The translations under genes and the position numbers were made by a program. Of a stretch of DNA of 64,000 nucleotides, positions 51,055-60,197 are shown one piece after another. The stretch lies in contig JAZHDG010000035.1 in assembly GCA_036584525.1 (NCBI GenBank), forward strand, positions 4,839 through 68,838, given 5' to 3'. The notes beneath the pieces were generated by a model. The model made no database searches. It was not told the DNA's origin and saw nothing but the letters and a program-made list of their open reading frames with translations. Every line of letters begins with the position of its first letter. Position 1 is the stretch's first letter. Origin of the DNA: Acholeplasmataceae bacterium. Lineage in GTDB: Bacteria; Bacillota_I; Bacilli_A; Acholeplasmatales; Acholeplasmataceae.

Positions 51055-52239
51055 CTATTCTAAAATTTTAACAACTGATCCCGCACCAACAGTACGTCCG
51101 CCTTCACGAATAGAGAATTTAGTTCCTTCTTCGATAGCGATTGGGTGGATAAGTTCAACGATCATGACAGTGTTATCCCCTGGCATTACCATTTCTGTAC
51201 CTTCTTGAAGTGTGATGACACCTGTTACGTCAGTTGTACGGAAATAGAATTGTGGACGATAGTTTGAGAAAAATGCTGTGTGGCGTCCGCCTTCTTCTTT
51301 TGACAATACGTAAACTTGTGCTTCAAACTTGAAGTGTGGGTTCACTGATTTTGGTTTAGCTAAAACTTGACCACGTTCAACTTGGTCACGGTTGATACCG
51401 CGAAGAAGTGCACCGATGTTGTCTCCAGCTTCAGCATAATCAAGTAATTTTCTGAACATTTCAACGCCAGTTACGACAGTTGATTTAGTGTCAGTAATAC
51501 CAACGATTTCAACTTGGTCGCCAACTTTAACTTGACCACGTTCAACACGTCCAGTGGCAACTGTACCACGACCAGTAATCGTGAATACGTCTTCAACTGG
51601 CATCAAGAATGGTTTGTCAGTTTGACGAACTGGAGTGTCGATATAACTATCAACTGCATCCATTAATTCTTGAACTTTAGCTTCCCATTTTGGTTCGCCA
51701 TTCAATGCACCAAGTGCTGAACCGCGAATGACAGGAATTTCATCGCCTGGGAAATCGTATTCTGAAAGTAGTTCACGAATTTCCATTTCAACTAAATCTA
51801 GAAGTTCTTCATCATCAACCATATCTGCTTTATTCATGAATACAACTAACTTAGGTACACCAACTTGGCGTGAAAGTAAGATGTGTTCGCGAGTTTGTGG
51901 CATTGGGCCGTCTGCTGCAGATACTACAAGAATACCACCATCCATTTGTGCGGCACCTGTGATCATGTTTTTAACATAGTCAGCATGGCCTGGGCAGTCA
52001 ACGTGCGCATAGTGACGCTTTGTTGTTTGATATTCAACGTGTGCAGTATTAATTGTAATACCGCGTTCTTTTTCTTCTGGTGCGCTATCGATTGATGCAT
52101 AGTCTTTAATATCAGCAAGTCCTTGTTTAGCAAATACCATTGTGATTGCTGCAGTTAAAGTTGTTTTACCATGGTCAACGTGGCCAATTGTACCAACGTT
52201 AACGTGTGGTTTGTTTCTTTCAAATTTTTGTTTAGCCAT
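51055..52239 (-). CDS. tuf: Elongation factor Tu
   Basis: Unmistakable EF-Tu sequence ([24 protein letters not shown]). Confidence 0.99.
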   Translation of the reverse strand: MAKQKFERNKPHVNVGTIGHVDHGKTTLTAAITMVFAKQGLADIKDYASIDSAPEEKERGITINTAHVEYQTTKRHYAHVDCPGHADYVKNMITGAAQMDGGILVVSAADGPMPQTREHILLSRQVGVPKLVVFMNKADMVDDEELLDLVEMEIRELLSEYDFPGDEIPVIRGSALGALNGEPKWEAKVQELMDAVDSYIDTPVRQTDKPFLMPVEDVFTITGRGTVATGRVERGQVKVGDQVEIVGITDTKSTVVTGVEMFRKLLDYAEAGDNIGALLRGINRDQVERGQVLAKPKSVNPHFKFEAQVYVLSKEEGGRHTAFFSNYRPQFYFRTTDVTGVITLQEGTEMVMPGDNTVMIVELIHPIAIEEGTKFSIREGGRTVGAGSVVKILE

Positions 52240-52296
52240 TTTAATTTTTTCCTCCTATAAGAAAGTGTTATTTTTTTGTTTATATTTACCATATTC

Positions 52297-52325
52297 ATTG
52301 TATATGAATAGGGTTATTTTTGCAA
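52297..52325 (-). promoter_or_regulatory. Candidate internal promoter for tuf
   Basis: TTGCAA (52325-52320), 17 nt, TACAAT (52302-52297) in the fusA-tuf spacer. Confidence 0.45.
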
Positions 52326-52330
52326 GTGGA

Positions 52331-54403
52331 TTAATTGACTCCACGCTTTTTAATAATTTCTTCCATAATTGATTTTGGTGTCTTTTCATAATGTGCAAAT
52401 TGCATCATGAATACGGCACGACCTTGAGTGTTTGACCGCAATGCTGTCGCATAACCAAACATTTCTGCAAGCGGTACTAAAGCACGAATCGCTACGGCAT
52501 TGTCGCGACCTTCTTGACTTTCAAGTCGTCCACGTCTGGAAGTTAAATCACCAATAACGTTACCAACATAGTCGTTAGGTACAATGACTTCAACGTCCAT
52601 GATTGGTTCTAATAAAATTGGGCTTGCTTTCGTCTTAGTTTCTTTTAAAGCCATTGAAGCAGCAATCTTAAATGCCATTTCAGATGAGTCGACATCATGG
52701 TAAGAACCATAATGAAGCGTTGCTTTAATGTCAATCGCAGGATATCCAGCAATAATACCATTAGGTAATGCTTCTTCTAAACCTTTTTGAACAGCAGGAA
52801 TGTATTCTCTTGGAATAACACCACCCACAATTTTATCAACAAATTGGAAACCCTTACCTGGGTTTGGTTCAAACTTAATCACAACGTGACCATATTGTCC
52901 ACGACCACCGGATTGACGAACGAATTTACCTTCGATATCGGCTTCTCCTGAAATCGTTTCACGATAAGATACTTGTGGTTCAGCAACGTTTGCTTCAACT
53001 TTGAACTCACGACGCATACGATCAACGATGATTTCTAAGTGTAATTCACCCATACCAGCAATAATTGTTTGTCCTGTTTCATGGTCAGTAAACGTTCTAA
53101 ATGTTGGGTCTTCTTCAGCAAGCTTTTGTAATGCAATACCCATTTTATCTTGGTCTTGTTTTGTTTTCGGTTCGATTGCTACGTTAATTACAGGTTCTGG
53201 GAATACCATGGATTCTAAGATGATGTCATCTTTATCTCCAGTGAGTGTATCTCCTGTCGTTGTGTCTTTTAAACCAACAACAGCTGCAATATCACCAGCA
53301 AATACTTCTTTAATTTCTTCACGATGATTCGCATGCATTTGAAGCACACGACCAAAACGTTCTTTTTTACCTTTTGAGGTATTTAATACATAGGATCCAG
53401 CAGTAATTTGACCAGAGTACACTCTAAAGAATGTTAGACGACCTACATATGGGTCTGTCATCACTTTAAAAGCAAGTGCAGTAAATGGTTCATTATCTTT
53501 TGGATGTCTTAATACTTCTTCTCCATCTGCGTTATGTCCAATGACTGAATCAATATCAGTTGGAGCAGGTAAGTAATCGACGATTGCATCAAGCATAAGC
53601 TTAACACCTTTATTTTTAAAGGAAGATCCACAAATCACTGGGAAAAGTTTCACAGCAAGGGTTCCTTTACGAATCGCACGTTTTATTTCAGGAATCGTAA
53701 CTTCTTCACCTTCAAGATATTTCATCATGAGTTCTTCATCAAAATCAGCAATCGCTTCAATGAGTTGTTCTCTTTTTTCTAAGACGATATCTTTTAAATA
53801 AGCTGGAATTTGAATTTCTATTGCATTTTCTTCTTGATTTCCATCATACTCATAGGCTTTCATTTCGACAATGTCGATAATTCCTTTAAAATCAGATTCT
53901 GCGCCGATCGGCCATTGGATCGGGAATGCTTTAACACCAAGACGGTTATGCATGGTTTTGATTGCACGAGCGTAATCAGCACCAATCTTATCCATCTTGT
54001 TCACATATACAATACGTGGGACTTTATATTCGGTGGCCTGTCTCCAAACGGTTTCCGTTTGAGGCTCTACCCCGGCTTGTGCGTCTAAGACAGCAACTGC
54101 GCCATCTAGTACGCGAAGTGATCTTGATACTTCAACCGTGAAGTCAACGTGACCTGGGGTATCAATGACATTGATGCGGTGTTCTTTCCAGTACGCTGTG
54201 GTTGCAGCGGATGTGATTGTAATCCCGCGTTCTTGTTCTTGTTCCATCCAGTCCATTGTCGCAGAACCATCGTGAGTTTCACCCAATTTATGAATTTTTC
54301 CAGTATGGAAAAGTATTCTTTCCGTCGTAGTTGTCTTACCAGCGTCAATATGGGCCATAATGCCGATATTGCGCGTTTTTTCTAATGGGAATACACGAGG
54401 CAT
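52331..54403 (-). CDS. fusA: Elongation factor G
   Basis: [14 protein letters not shown] and DTPGHVDF motifs. 690 aa. Confidence 0.99.
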   Translation of the reverse strand: MPRVFPLEKTRNIGIMAHIDAGKTTTTERILFHTGKIHKLGETHDGSATMDWMEQEQERGITITSAATTAYWKEHRINVIDTPGHVDFTVEVSRSLRVLDGAVAVLDAQAGVEPQTETVWRQATEYKVPRIVYVNKMDKIGADYARAIKTMHNRLGVKAFPIQWPIGAESDFKGIIDIVEMKAYEYDGNQEENAIEIQIPAYLKDIVLEKREQLIEAIADFDEELMMKYLEGEEVTIPEIKRAIRKGTLAVKLFPVICGSSFKNKGVKLMLDAIVDYLPAPTDIDSVIGHNADGEEVLRHPKDNEPFTALAFKVMTDPYVGRLTFFRVYSGQITAGSYVLNTSKGKKERFGRVLQMHANHREEIKEVFAGDIAAVVGLKDTTTGDTLTGDKDDIILESMVFPEPVINVAIEPKTKQDQDKMGIALQKLAEEDPTFRTFTDHETGQTIIAGMGELHLEIIVDRMRREFKVEANVAEPQVSYRETISGEADIEGKFVRQSGGRGQYGHVVIKFEPNPGKGFQFVDKIVGGVIPREYIPAVQKGLEEALPNGIIAGYPAIDIKATLHYGSYHDVDSSEMAFKIAASMALKETKTKASPILLEPIMDVEVIVPNDYVGNVIGDLTSRRGRLESQEGRDNAVAIRALVPLAEMFGYATALRSNTQGRAVFMMQFAHYEKTPKSIMEEIIKKRGVN

Positions 54404-54418
54404 AATGTTAACTCCTTA

Positions 54419-54889
54419 CTACCAGCGATAGTGAGCAAATGCTTTATTTGCTTCAGCCATGCGGTGTACATCTTCGCGTTTCTTCACGGCTGCACCTAAA
54501 CCTTGTGATGCATCAATGATTTCTTTCGCTAATCTTTCTTCCATAGTTTTCTCATTACGCAAACGTGCGTAATTGATTAACCATCTTAATCCTAATGTTG
54601 TTTTTCTTGAAGCTCTAACTTCAGTTGGTACTTGGTAGTTTTGACCACCAATACGACGAGAACGAACTTCTAAAACGGGCATAATGTTGTTAAGTGCTTC
54701 ATTGAACACATCAATTGGCTCACGACCTGTGGCTTCCTTGACGCGGTTGAACGCACCATATAAAATTGATTGAGCAGTACCTTTTTTACCATCAAGCATA
54801 ATTGTATTAACAATACGCGTAACAAGTTTTGAATGATAAATTGGATCTGGTAAAACGTCGCGTTTTACAACATGTCCTTTACGTGGCAT
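54419..54889 (-). CDS. rpsG: 30S ribosomal protein S7
   Basis: [18 protein letters not shown]... Confidence 0.98.
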   Translation of the reverse strand: MPRKGHVVKRDVLPDPIYHSKLVTRIVNTIMLDGKKGTAQSILYGAFNRVKEATGREPIDVFNEALNNIMPVLEVRSRRIGGQNYQVPTEVRASRKTTLGLRWLINYARLRNEKTMEERLAKEIIDASQGLGAAVKKREDVHRMAEANKAFAHYRW

Positions 54890-54932
54890 GAGTTCACCTT
54901 CTTCCTTTCGATTAATAATGAATTAGTTTATA

Positions 54933-55373
54933 TTATTTTTTCCCTGCTGTTTTAGCTGCAGTAGCCTTTGGACGCTTAGCGCCATATTTTGAACGTGCTT
55001 GTTTGCGGTTTGCAACGCCTGATGCGTCTAGCGTACCACGTACAATGTGGTAACGTACTCCTGGAAGGTCCTTAACACGACCACCACGAATCAATACCAC
55101 GCTGTGCTCTTGCAAAGAGTGACCAATACCTGGAATGTAAGCAGTAACTTCAGTTTGGTTACTTAAACGAACACGGGCATACTTACGTAAAGCAGAGTTA
55201 GGTTTCTTTGGTGTCATGGTTGTAACACGCGTACATACTCCACGTTTTTGTGGGGATGTATAATCACTTTCACTCTTTTGTAGACTGTTAAATCCATAAC
55301 CTAGAGCTGGTGATTTTGATTTGTACTTTTTGTCTGTTCTACCATTTTTTACGAGTTGCGAAATAGTTGGCAT
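54933..55373 (-). CDS. rpsL: 30S ribosomal protein S12
   Basis: [12 protein letters not shown]...[16 protein letters not shown]. Start is ATG 55373, after AAAGGAG. The track ORF is over-extended to 55523. There is a short Lys/Ala-rich C-terminal extension. Confidence 0.98.
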   Translation of the reverse strand: MPTISQLVKNGRTDKKYKSKSPALGYGFNSLQKSESDYTSPQKRGVCTRVTTMTPKKPNSALRKYARVRLSNQTEVTAYIPGIGHSLQEHSVVLIRGGRVKDLPGVRYHIVRGTLDASGVANRKQARSKYGAKRPKATAAKTAGKK

Positions 55374-55425
55374 TTGTAGATCTCCTTTCTTCAAACACAT
55401 ATCCAAGTGTTTCATATTTTGTTTT

Positions 55426-55457
55426 AAAAAATATTTACGGCTTAATTGAGCCGTAAA
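55426..55457 (-). promoter_or_regulatory. Terminator-like hairpin inside the rpsL 5' UTR (possible attenuator)
   Basis: Minus strand TTTACGGCT-caatta-AGCCGTAAA (9 bp) followed by TATTTTTT, located between the promoter and the SD. Confidence 0.4.
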
Positions 55458-55494
55458 CTCAATACACATAGCGTGCATTTCACGCAGCGTTTTA

Positions 55495-55523
55495 ATTATA
55501 TAATAGTTTAGAAATAAAGTCAA
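55495..55523 (-). promoter_or_regulatory. str operon promoter
   Basis: TTGACT (55523-55518), exactly 17 nt, TATAAT (55500-55495). Confidence 0.7.
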
Positions 55524-55544
55524 CTTTTTTAATTAAATTTCTAT

Positions 55545-55568
55545 AAAAAAAGATGTCAATTGACATCT
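55545..55568 (-). terminator. Intrinsic terminator after the FNT-like gene
   Basis: AGATGTCAATTGACATCT palindrome followed by TTTTTTT on the minus strand. Confidence 0.85.
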
Positions 55569-55574
55569 AAACTT

Positions 55575-56198
55575 TTATGCTTTAGTAAGGTTTAATTTTT
55601 CTTCAACTAAATTTAGTGCTACTGCACCGATTAAATTCCCTAAAATCCATAGAATAACGTAAAGAATAGTTTGAAAAGTAAACGACCTTGCCAAGACAAC
55701 ATAAAGTAAGTTTGCAATACTATGTTCAAATCCGGCTAATATAAAGATCATCACTGCAAGTATAACGATTAACACTTTAATGATCGGATTTTCAATAGAT
55801 TTATAGCCATGAACCCCAGTATACATGAGCATCCCACAAAAGATTGCAAGAATAAGTGTTTGTAATGGTCCAAACGTGAGTTTCGCTATCATGATTTGTT
55901 CGCTTAATTGAACGACTTCAGTTTTTCCTGTAAATAAGAATAAAACACCTACCAATGCGATTCCAACAAAATTACCTAAAATCGTTAATAAAATCATTCT
56001 GATGAACCCTTTTTGATAGGGGAGCAAATACCCGATTTTCCCAGTGTATAGAAAGTATCCTTTTGCTACTACCATCAATAAACCGGTACTAAATAAAAAT
56101 GAACCGACAATTTTATTGCTCACTGATAGATAAACAAGGCCTGCAATACCTATATATAAACCTGCCATTATGGCTTTTAAGAAAATGCGTTCTTTCAT
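55575..56198 (-). CDS. Short formate/nitrite transporter (FNT) family membrane protein
   Basis: GFEHSIANL signature and FLYTGK (in place of LFTGN). ~207 aa. The preferred start is ATG 56198, 1 nt after the SDR stop (SD AAGGAAAG). Confidence 0.7.
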   Translation of the reverse strand: MKERIFLKAIMAGLYIGIAGLVYLSVSNKIVGSFLFSTGLLMVVAKGYFLYTGKIGYLLPYQKGFIRMILLTILGNFVGIALVGVLFLFTGKTEVVQLSEQIMIAKLTFGPLQTLILAIFCGMLMYTGVHGYKSIENPIIKVLIVILAVMIFILAGFEHSIANLLYVVLARSFTFQTILYVILWILGNLIGAVALNLVEEKLNLTKA

Positions 56199-56199
56199 T

Positions 56200-57006
56200 T
56201 TATTTCTTTCCTTTTTTAAACCCATAAATTTTACCAACCACTTGATTCGTAAAACCTCTTGGTAATAATTTTTCTAAACACACAAAAATTTTATATTTAA
56301 ACCCAATGGTTTTATATAAAGGCATTTTTTTCTTTTTAATCAGTTTTCCAATGACTTTAGCTAAAACTTCAGGATCCATACCATTTTGTTCATCTTTTTC
56401 CATAACAGCAACTGATTTATCAATGCGATTTTCATAATTTGGATTTATGATTTCGTTTTTACGTCTGTTTTTCGTAAAACTCGTTTTGATATCTCCAGGC
56501 ATAATCACACAAACATCAATGCCAAAGGGTTCAACTTCATTGGCTAATGCATTTGAAAAAGCATTAATCGCAGCTTTAGAACTACTATAAAACGATTGGA
56601 AAGGAATCGATAAAACACTGGCAACTGAACTAATATTAATGATTTTTCCGTGCTTTCCTTCCCTCATAAAGGGTAGTACAACTTTTGTTGAATGAAAAAC
56701 ACCCACGAAATTCACATGGAATAAATCTAATACATCTTCAGTTAATGTATCTTCAATACTTCCGGAAATCCCAATGCCTGCATTATTGATTAAGACATCG
56801 ATTCTTCCTTCAATATCATAAATTTCTTGATAGGCTTCAATCATTTGATCAAAATTTGTGACATCTGCTTGGATACTTCTAACATTTTTCTCATGTGTTT
56901 TACTTCGAGAAATTCCATACACATGATGCCCTTGATCGGCTAAATATTTAGAAACAGTTAGTCCTATACCAGAAGATGCTCCAGTTACAATAATTACTTT
57001 TTCCAT
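56200..57006 (-). CDS. Classical short-chain dehydrogenase/reductase (candidate 3-keto-long-chain-base reductase)
   Basis: TGASSGIG, NNAG and the S...YSSSK catalytic triad. Amphipathic Lys-rich C-terminus. Its start overlaps the upstream stop (TAATG). Confidence 0.6.
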   Translation of the reverse strand: MEKVIIVTGASSGIGLTVSKYLADQGHHVYGISRSKTHEKNVRSIQADVTNFDQMIEAYQEIYDIEGRIDVLINNAGIGISGSIEDTLTEDVLDLFHVNFVGVFHSTKVVLPFMREGKHGKIINISSVASVLSIPFQSFYSSSKAAINAFSNALANEVEPFGIDVCVIMPGDIKTSFTKNRRKNEIINPNYENRIDKSVAVMEKDEQNGMDPEVLAKVIGKLIKKKKMPLYKTIGFKYKIFVCLEKLLPRGFTNQVVGKIYGFKKGKK

Positions 57007-58193
57007 TACTCATTAAATCCTTCTAAGCTTTTTAGAACTTCACTAATACGTTCAATAGCTTGGTCGATTTGTTCTTTCGTATGTGTTGCTGTATAACTCG
57101 TACGAATCAAGCATTCACCGATAGGTGTTGCCGGTGGAATAACTGGATTCACATATACACCTTGTTCAAATAATTTATTACATGCGACCATCGTGCGCAT
57201 CGGCATATAAGTATAAATGGGGATAATGGGTGTTTTAGAATCTTTGATTTTTAGCCCCTTAGCTTTTAATCCCTGACGCATATATTCTGAAATGTCATGA
57301 AGTGCTTTAACACGTTCAGGTTCGCGTTTTAAAATTCTTAAGGCTTGGAGTGCTGCAGCAGCATTAGATGCTGGAATTGCTGCAGAAAATATATAAGGTC
57401 TTGAATTATGACGAATATAATCGACAACTTCATGACTAGCTGCAACATAACCACCTAAACTTGCAAGTGATTTAGAAAATGTTCCCATAATAATATCTAC
57501 TTCGTTTTCAAGCCCAAAATGTTCAGCTGTGCCTCGCCCACATTCACCCATTACGCCTAAACCATGGGCATCATCGACCATCACACGTGCACCATATTTT
57601 TTGGCAAGTGCAACAATTTCTGGAAGTTTAGCAATTTCACCGCTCATTGAAAAAACACCATCAGTGATGATTAATTTCCCTTTGTTTTCTGAAGCTTTAG
57701 CAAGCTTTTCTTCTAAATCATTCATATCTGAATGTTCAAAACGAACAACCTCTGCATAACTTAATCTTGTACCATCATAGATGGATGCATGATTTTCTTT
57801 GTCAGAAAAAATAATATCATTTCTTCCGGCAACAGCTGAAATAATACCGAGATTACTTTGAAATCCTGTACTAAAGATTGTACAATCTTCTTTGTTTAAA
57901 AACTCAGCAAGTTCAGCTTCAAATTGCTTATGCAAATTGAGTGTACCGTTTAAAAACCGGGATCCAGAAACCCCAGTACCATATTTTAATGTCGCGTCAA
58001 CAGCAGCTTGAATAACTTCAGGATGAGAAGTTAATCCGAGATAGTTATTAGAACCAATCATGATGACTTCTCTACCTTCCATGTGAACTACTGTATCTTG
58101 TTTACTCGTAAGTTCATGAAAGTAAGGATAATATCCTGCTTCTTTTGCTTTTTTCGCTGTATCATATGCGTAAATTTTCTTAAATAAATCCAT
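57006..58193 (-). CDS. PLP-dependent alpha-oxoamine synthase, serine palmitoyltransferase-like
   Basis: Motifs GSRFLNGT, HASIYDG, DDAHG, GTFSKS (PLP Lys), RPYIFSAA and YVNPVIPPATP...LIRTS. From memory these match Sphingomonas SPT (GSRMLNGT, GTFSKS, RPYIFTAS, RPPATP) better than KBL (VRFICGT, GTLGKA) or BioF. Confidence 0.6.
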   Translation of the reverse strand: MDLFKKIYAYDTAKKAKEAGYYPYFHELTSKQDTVVHMEGREVIMIGSNNYLGLTSHPEVIQAAVDATLKYGTGVSGSRFLNGTLNLHKQFEAELAEFLNKEDCTIFSTGFQSNLGIISAVAGRNDIIFSDKENHASIYDGTRLSYAEVVRFEHSDMNDLEEKLAKASENKGKLIITDGVFSMSGEIAKLPEIVALAKKYGARVMVDDAHGLGVMGECGRGTAEHFGLENEVDIIMGTFSKSLASLGGYVAASHEVVDYIRHNSRPYIFSAAIPASNAAAALQALRILKREPERVKALHDISEYMRQGLKAKGLKIKDSKTPIIPIYTYMPMRTMVACNKLFEQGVYVNPVIPPATPIGECLIRTSYTATHTKEQIDQAIERISEVLKSLEGFNE

Positions 58194-58285
58194 GTCTATT
58201 CCTCATTTCAAAAAACGCCTAAATCTATTATAATACACAACCAATGATTTTGGCCAATAAAAACGACAAAACATTAAGGTGACAT

Positions 58286-58308
58286 AAAAAAAGGATATTA
58301 AATATCCT
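58286..58308 (-). terminator. Intrinsic terminator after psuG
   Basis: AGGATATTTAATATCCT palindrome with the psuG TAA in the loop, then TTTTTTT. Confidence 0.8.
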
Positions 58309-59233
58309 CTTTTTTAGACGTTTTATATTTTTCATATTCGACTGCAATCTTTGATGCAATCAAAGCGTTGCTATAGACTAATTCAAGATTTGCATCAAGA
58401 CTTTGACCTTCAGTTAAATCTTTTATTTTAGCTAACAAAAATGGTGTGGTCTCTTTTCCATAAATTCCTTTTTCTTTCGCTTCTTGAAGGGCTTTTTCAA
58501 TCATTTTTTCGATATCTTTTCGATTCATCGAGTATTCTTCGGGTATTGGATTCGCAATCAATACACCACCTTTTAAACCAATATTCCATTTTGCGTGCAT
58601 CAGAGCGGCAATGTCTTTTGCATCTTTCATCAAATAATCTAATTCTAGACCACTATCTTTCGTGTAAAACGCTGGTAGTTCTTTGGTTTGATATCCCAAT
58701 ACTTCAACGCCTTTTGTTTCTAAATATTCAAGGGTTAATTTTAAATCTAAAATTGCTTTAGCACCAGCACAAATTACGGCAACATTAATCTCTGAAAGTT
58801 CTTCTAAATCTCTTGAAATATCAAAAGTAATTTGACCTTCTCGATGGACCCCACCAATGCCGCCAGTCGCAAATATTTTAATACCCGCCATATTCGCAGC
58901 TAACATCGTCCCAGAAACAGTCGTTGCACCATCTCTTTTTTGAGATAAAACGTAACCAAAGTCTCTTTTACTCACTTTAATCACATCTTTGGCTTGTGCT
59001 AGATATTCAATTTCATCATCAGTTAAACCAATTTTAATAACACCGTGTATAATAGCAATCGTTGCAGGAATCGCACCTTCATTTCGTATAATTGATTCAA
59101 CTTTTTTTGCCATCTTGACATTTTCAGGATATGGCATACCGTGTGTAATAATAGTTGATTCAAGTGCAACTACTGGTTGATGTTGGGCTAATGCTTTTTT
59201 TACATCCGGATGTATTTCAATATAATTCATCAT
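58298..59233 (-). CDS. psuG: Pseudouridine-5'-phosphate glycosidase
   Basis: IndA family: VALESTIITHGMPYP, GGIGGVHR. 311 aa. Confidence 0.9.
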   Translation of the reverse strand: MMNYIEIHPDVKKALAQHQPVVALESTIITHGMPYPENVKMAKKVESIIRNEGAIPATIAIIHGVIKIGLTDDEIEYLAQAKDVIKVSKRDFGYVLSQKRDGATTVSGTMLAANMAGIKIFATGGIGGVHREGQITFDISRDLEELSEINVAVICAGAKAILDLKLTLEYLETKGVEVLGYQTKELPAFYTKDSGLELDYLMKDAKDIAALMHAKWNIGLKGGVLIANPIPEEYSMNRKDIEKMIEKALQEAKEKGIYGKETTPFLLAKIKDLTEGQSLDANLELVYSNALIASKIAVEYEKYKTSKKEDI

Positions 59234-60128
59234 AGTTTTCCTCCATCATTTTTAATAAATGTTGTTTATTCATTTCTTTTGATACAGCATCTTCACTTTG
59301 AAGATTGATTGCTGCTGCAGCTAAACCAGCTTTTACTGGATCAAGATCATGCATTTTCGCATAAATAACACCTGCAAAAAAAGCATCACCTGCACCAGTT
59401 GTGTTTTTGATGATTGTATGAATTGGTTTCATTAATTCTTTTTTATCTTTTGTTTGATAAAACACGCCTTCGCTACCTAAAGTAATCATCACTTCTGAAA
59501 CACCTTGTTGAATAAAATAGTGACCCAAATCATCCAGAGTCTTACCATCGGCAATCCGATAACCAGAAATTGCTTCTGCTTCGATTAAATTCATTTTTAA
59601 AAAATGGATATATTGGAGGTGATGTTGAATACGCATCGCTTTTTGACTTGATATTGTATCAACAAAAACAGGAACTTTCGCGGTTTGAAAAATATAATTA
59701 AGTGTTTCTTCAGACATATTGGTATCAACTACAATTAAATCTGCAGGTGAAATGAACACATCTCTTGATGCTAAAGCTTCTTTATTCATCTTTTCAATTT
59801 CATCCATTAAGGCGACGCTGACTAAATCTTCACCGCTTTCATGAATCACTGAAATATATAAAGGCGTTTCATTGACTTCTATATAATTAATACACATCCC
59901 CAAATCACGGGCATGCTCATAAATCTCTTGACCCCAAAGGTCTTTACCTAATACTGTAATTAAAGTCGTATCAACACCACATCGAACTAAATTTTCAGCA
60001 ATATTTCGACCTACACCACCAAAAGACCTTTTCATATAACCTGGATTTGAATCATGTAGTTTCATTTTTTGATGTGGATATAAAAATAGATCAATGACTG
60101 CTCCACCGATAACTACTACTTTTTTCAT
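59217..60128 (-). CDS. psuK: PfkB-family carbohydrate kinase, pseudouridine kinase-like
   Basis: VIGGAVID and NTTGAGDAFFAG motifs. Overlaps psuG by 17 nt. Start is ATG 60128, after AAGGTGA. Confidence 0.8.
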   Translation of the reverse strand: MKKVVVIGGAVIDLFLYPHQKMKLHDSNPGYMKRSFGGVGRNIAENLVRCGVDTTLITVLGKDLWGQEIYEHARDLGMCINYIEVNETPLYISVIHESGEDLVSVALMDEIEKMNKEALASRDVFISPADLIVVDTNMSEETLNYIFQTAKVPVFVDTISSQKAMRIQHHLQYIHFLKMNLIEAEAISGYRIADGKTLDDLGHYFIQQGVSEVMITLGSEGVFYQTKDKKELMKPIHTIIKNTTGAGDAFFAGVIYAKMHDLDPVKAGLAAAAINLQSEDAVSKEMNKQHLLKMMEENYDELY

Positions 60129-60159
60129 AGAAATCACCTTCTTATCTCTATTTTAGCAT

Positions 60160-60192
60160 AAAAAACCGCTATCCTTTTTCTGGATAACGGTT
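60160..60192 (-). terminator. Intrinsic terminator after rpoC
   Basis: AACCGTTATCC...GGATAGCGGTT imperfect stem followed by TTTTTT on the minus strand. Confidence 0.7.
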
Positions 60193-60197
60193 TAATA

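Noticed and set aside
55374-55523. N-terminal extensions of rpsL (to 55523), rpsR (to 47861), dps (from 43063), aroE (to 13071) and chorismate mutase (to 13282) as given in the ORF track
   Set aside because: In each case the conserved protein begins at an internal ATG with a good SD. The extension overlaps a promoter, leader or the upstream gene.
57006-58193. Annotating the alpha-oxoamine synthase as BioF or as Kbl
   Set aside because: No bioA/bioD/bioB or tdh neighbours are present. The diagnostic motifs (GSRFLNGT, GTFSKS, PPATP) look SPT-like rather than KBL- or BioF-like. This is not formally excluded without a phylogeny.
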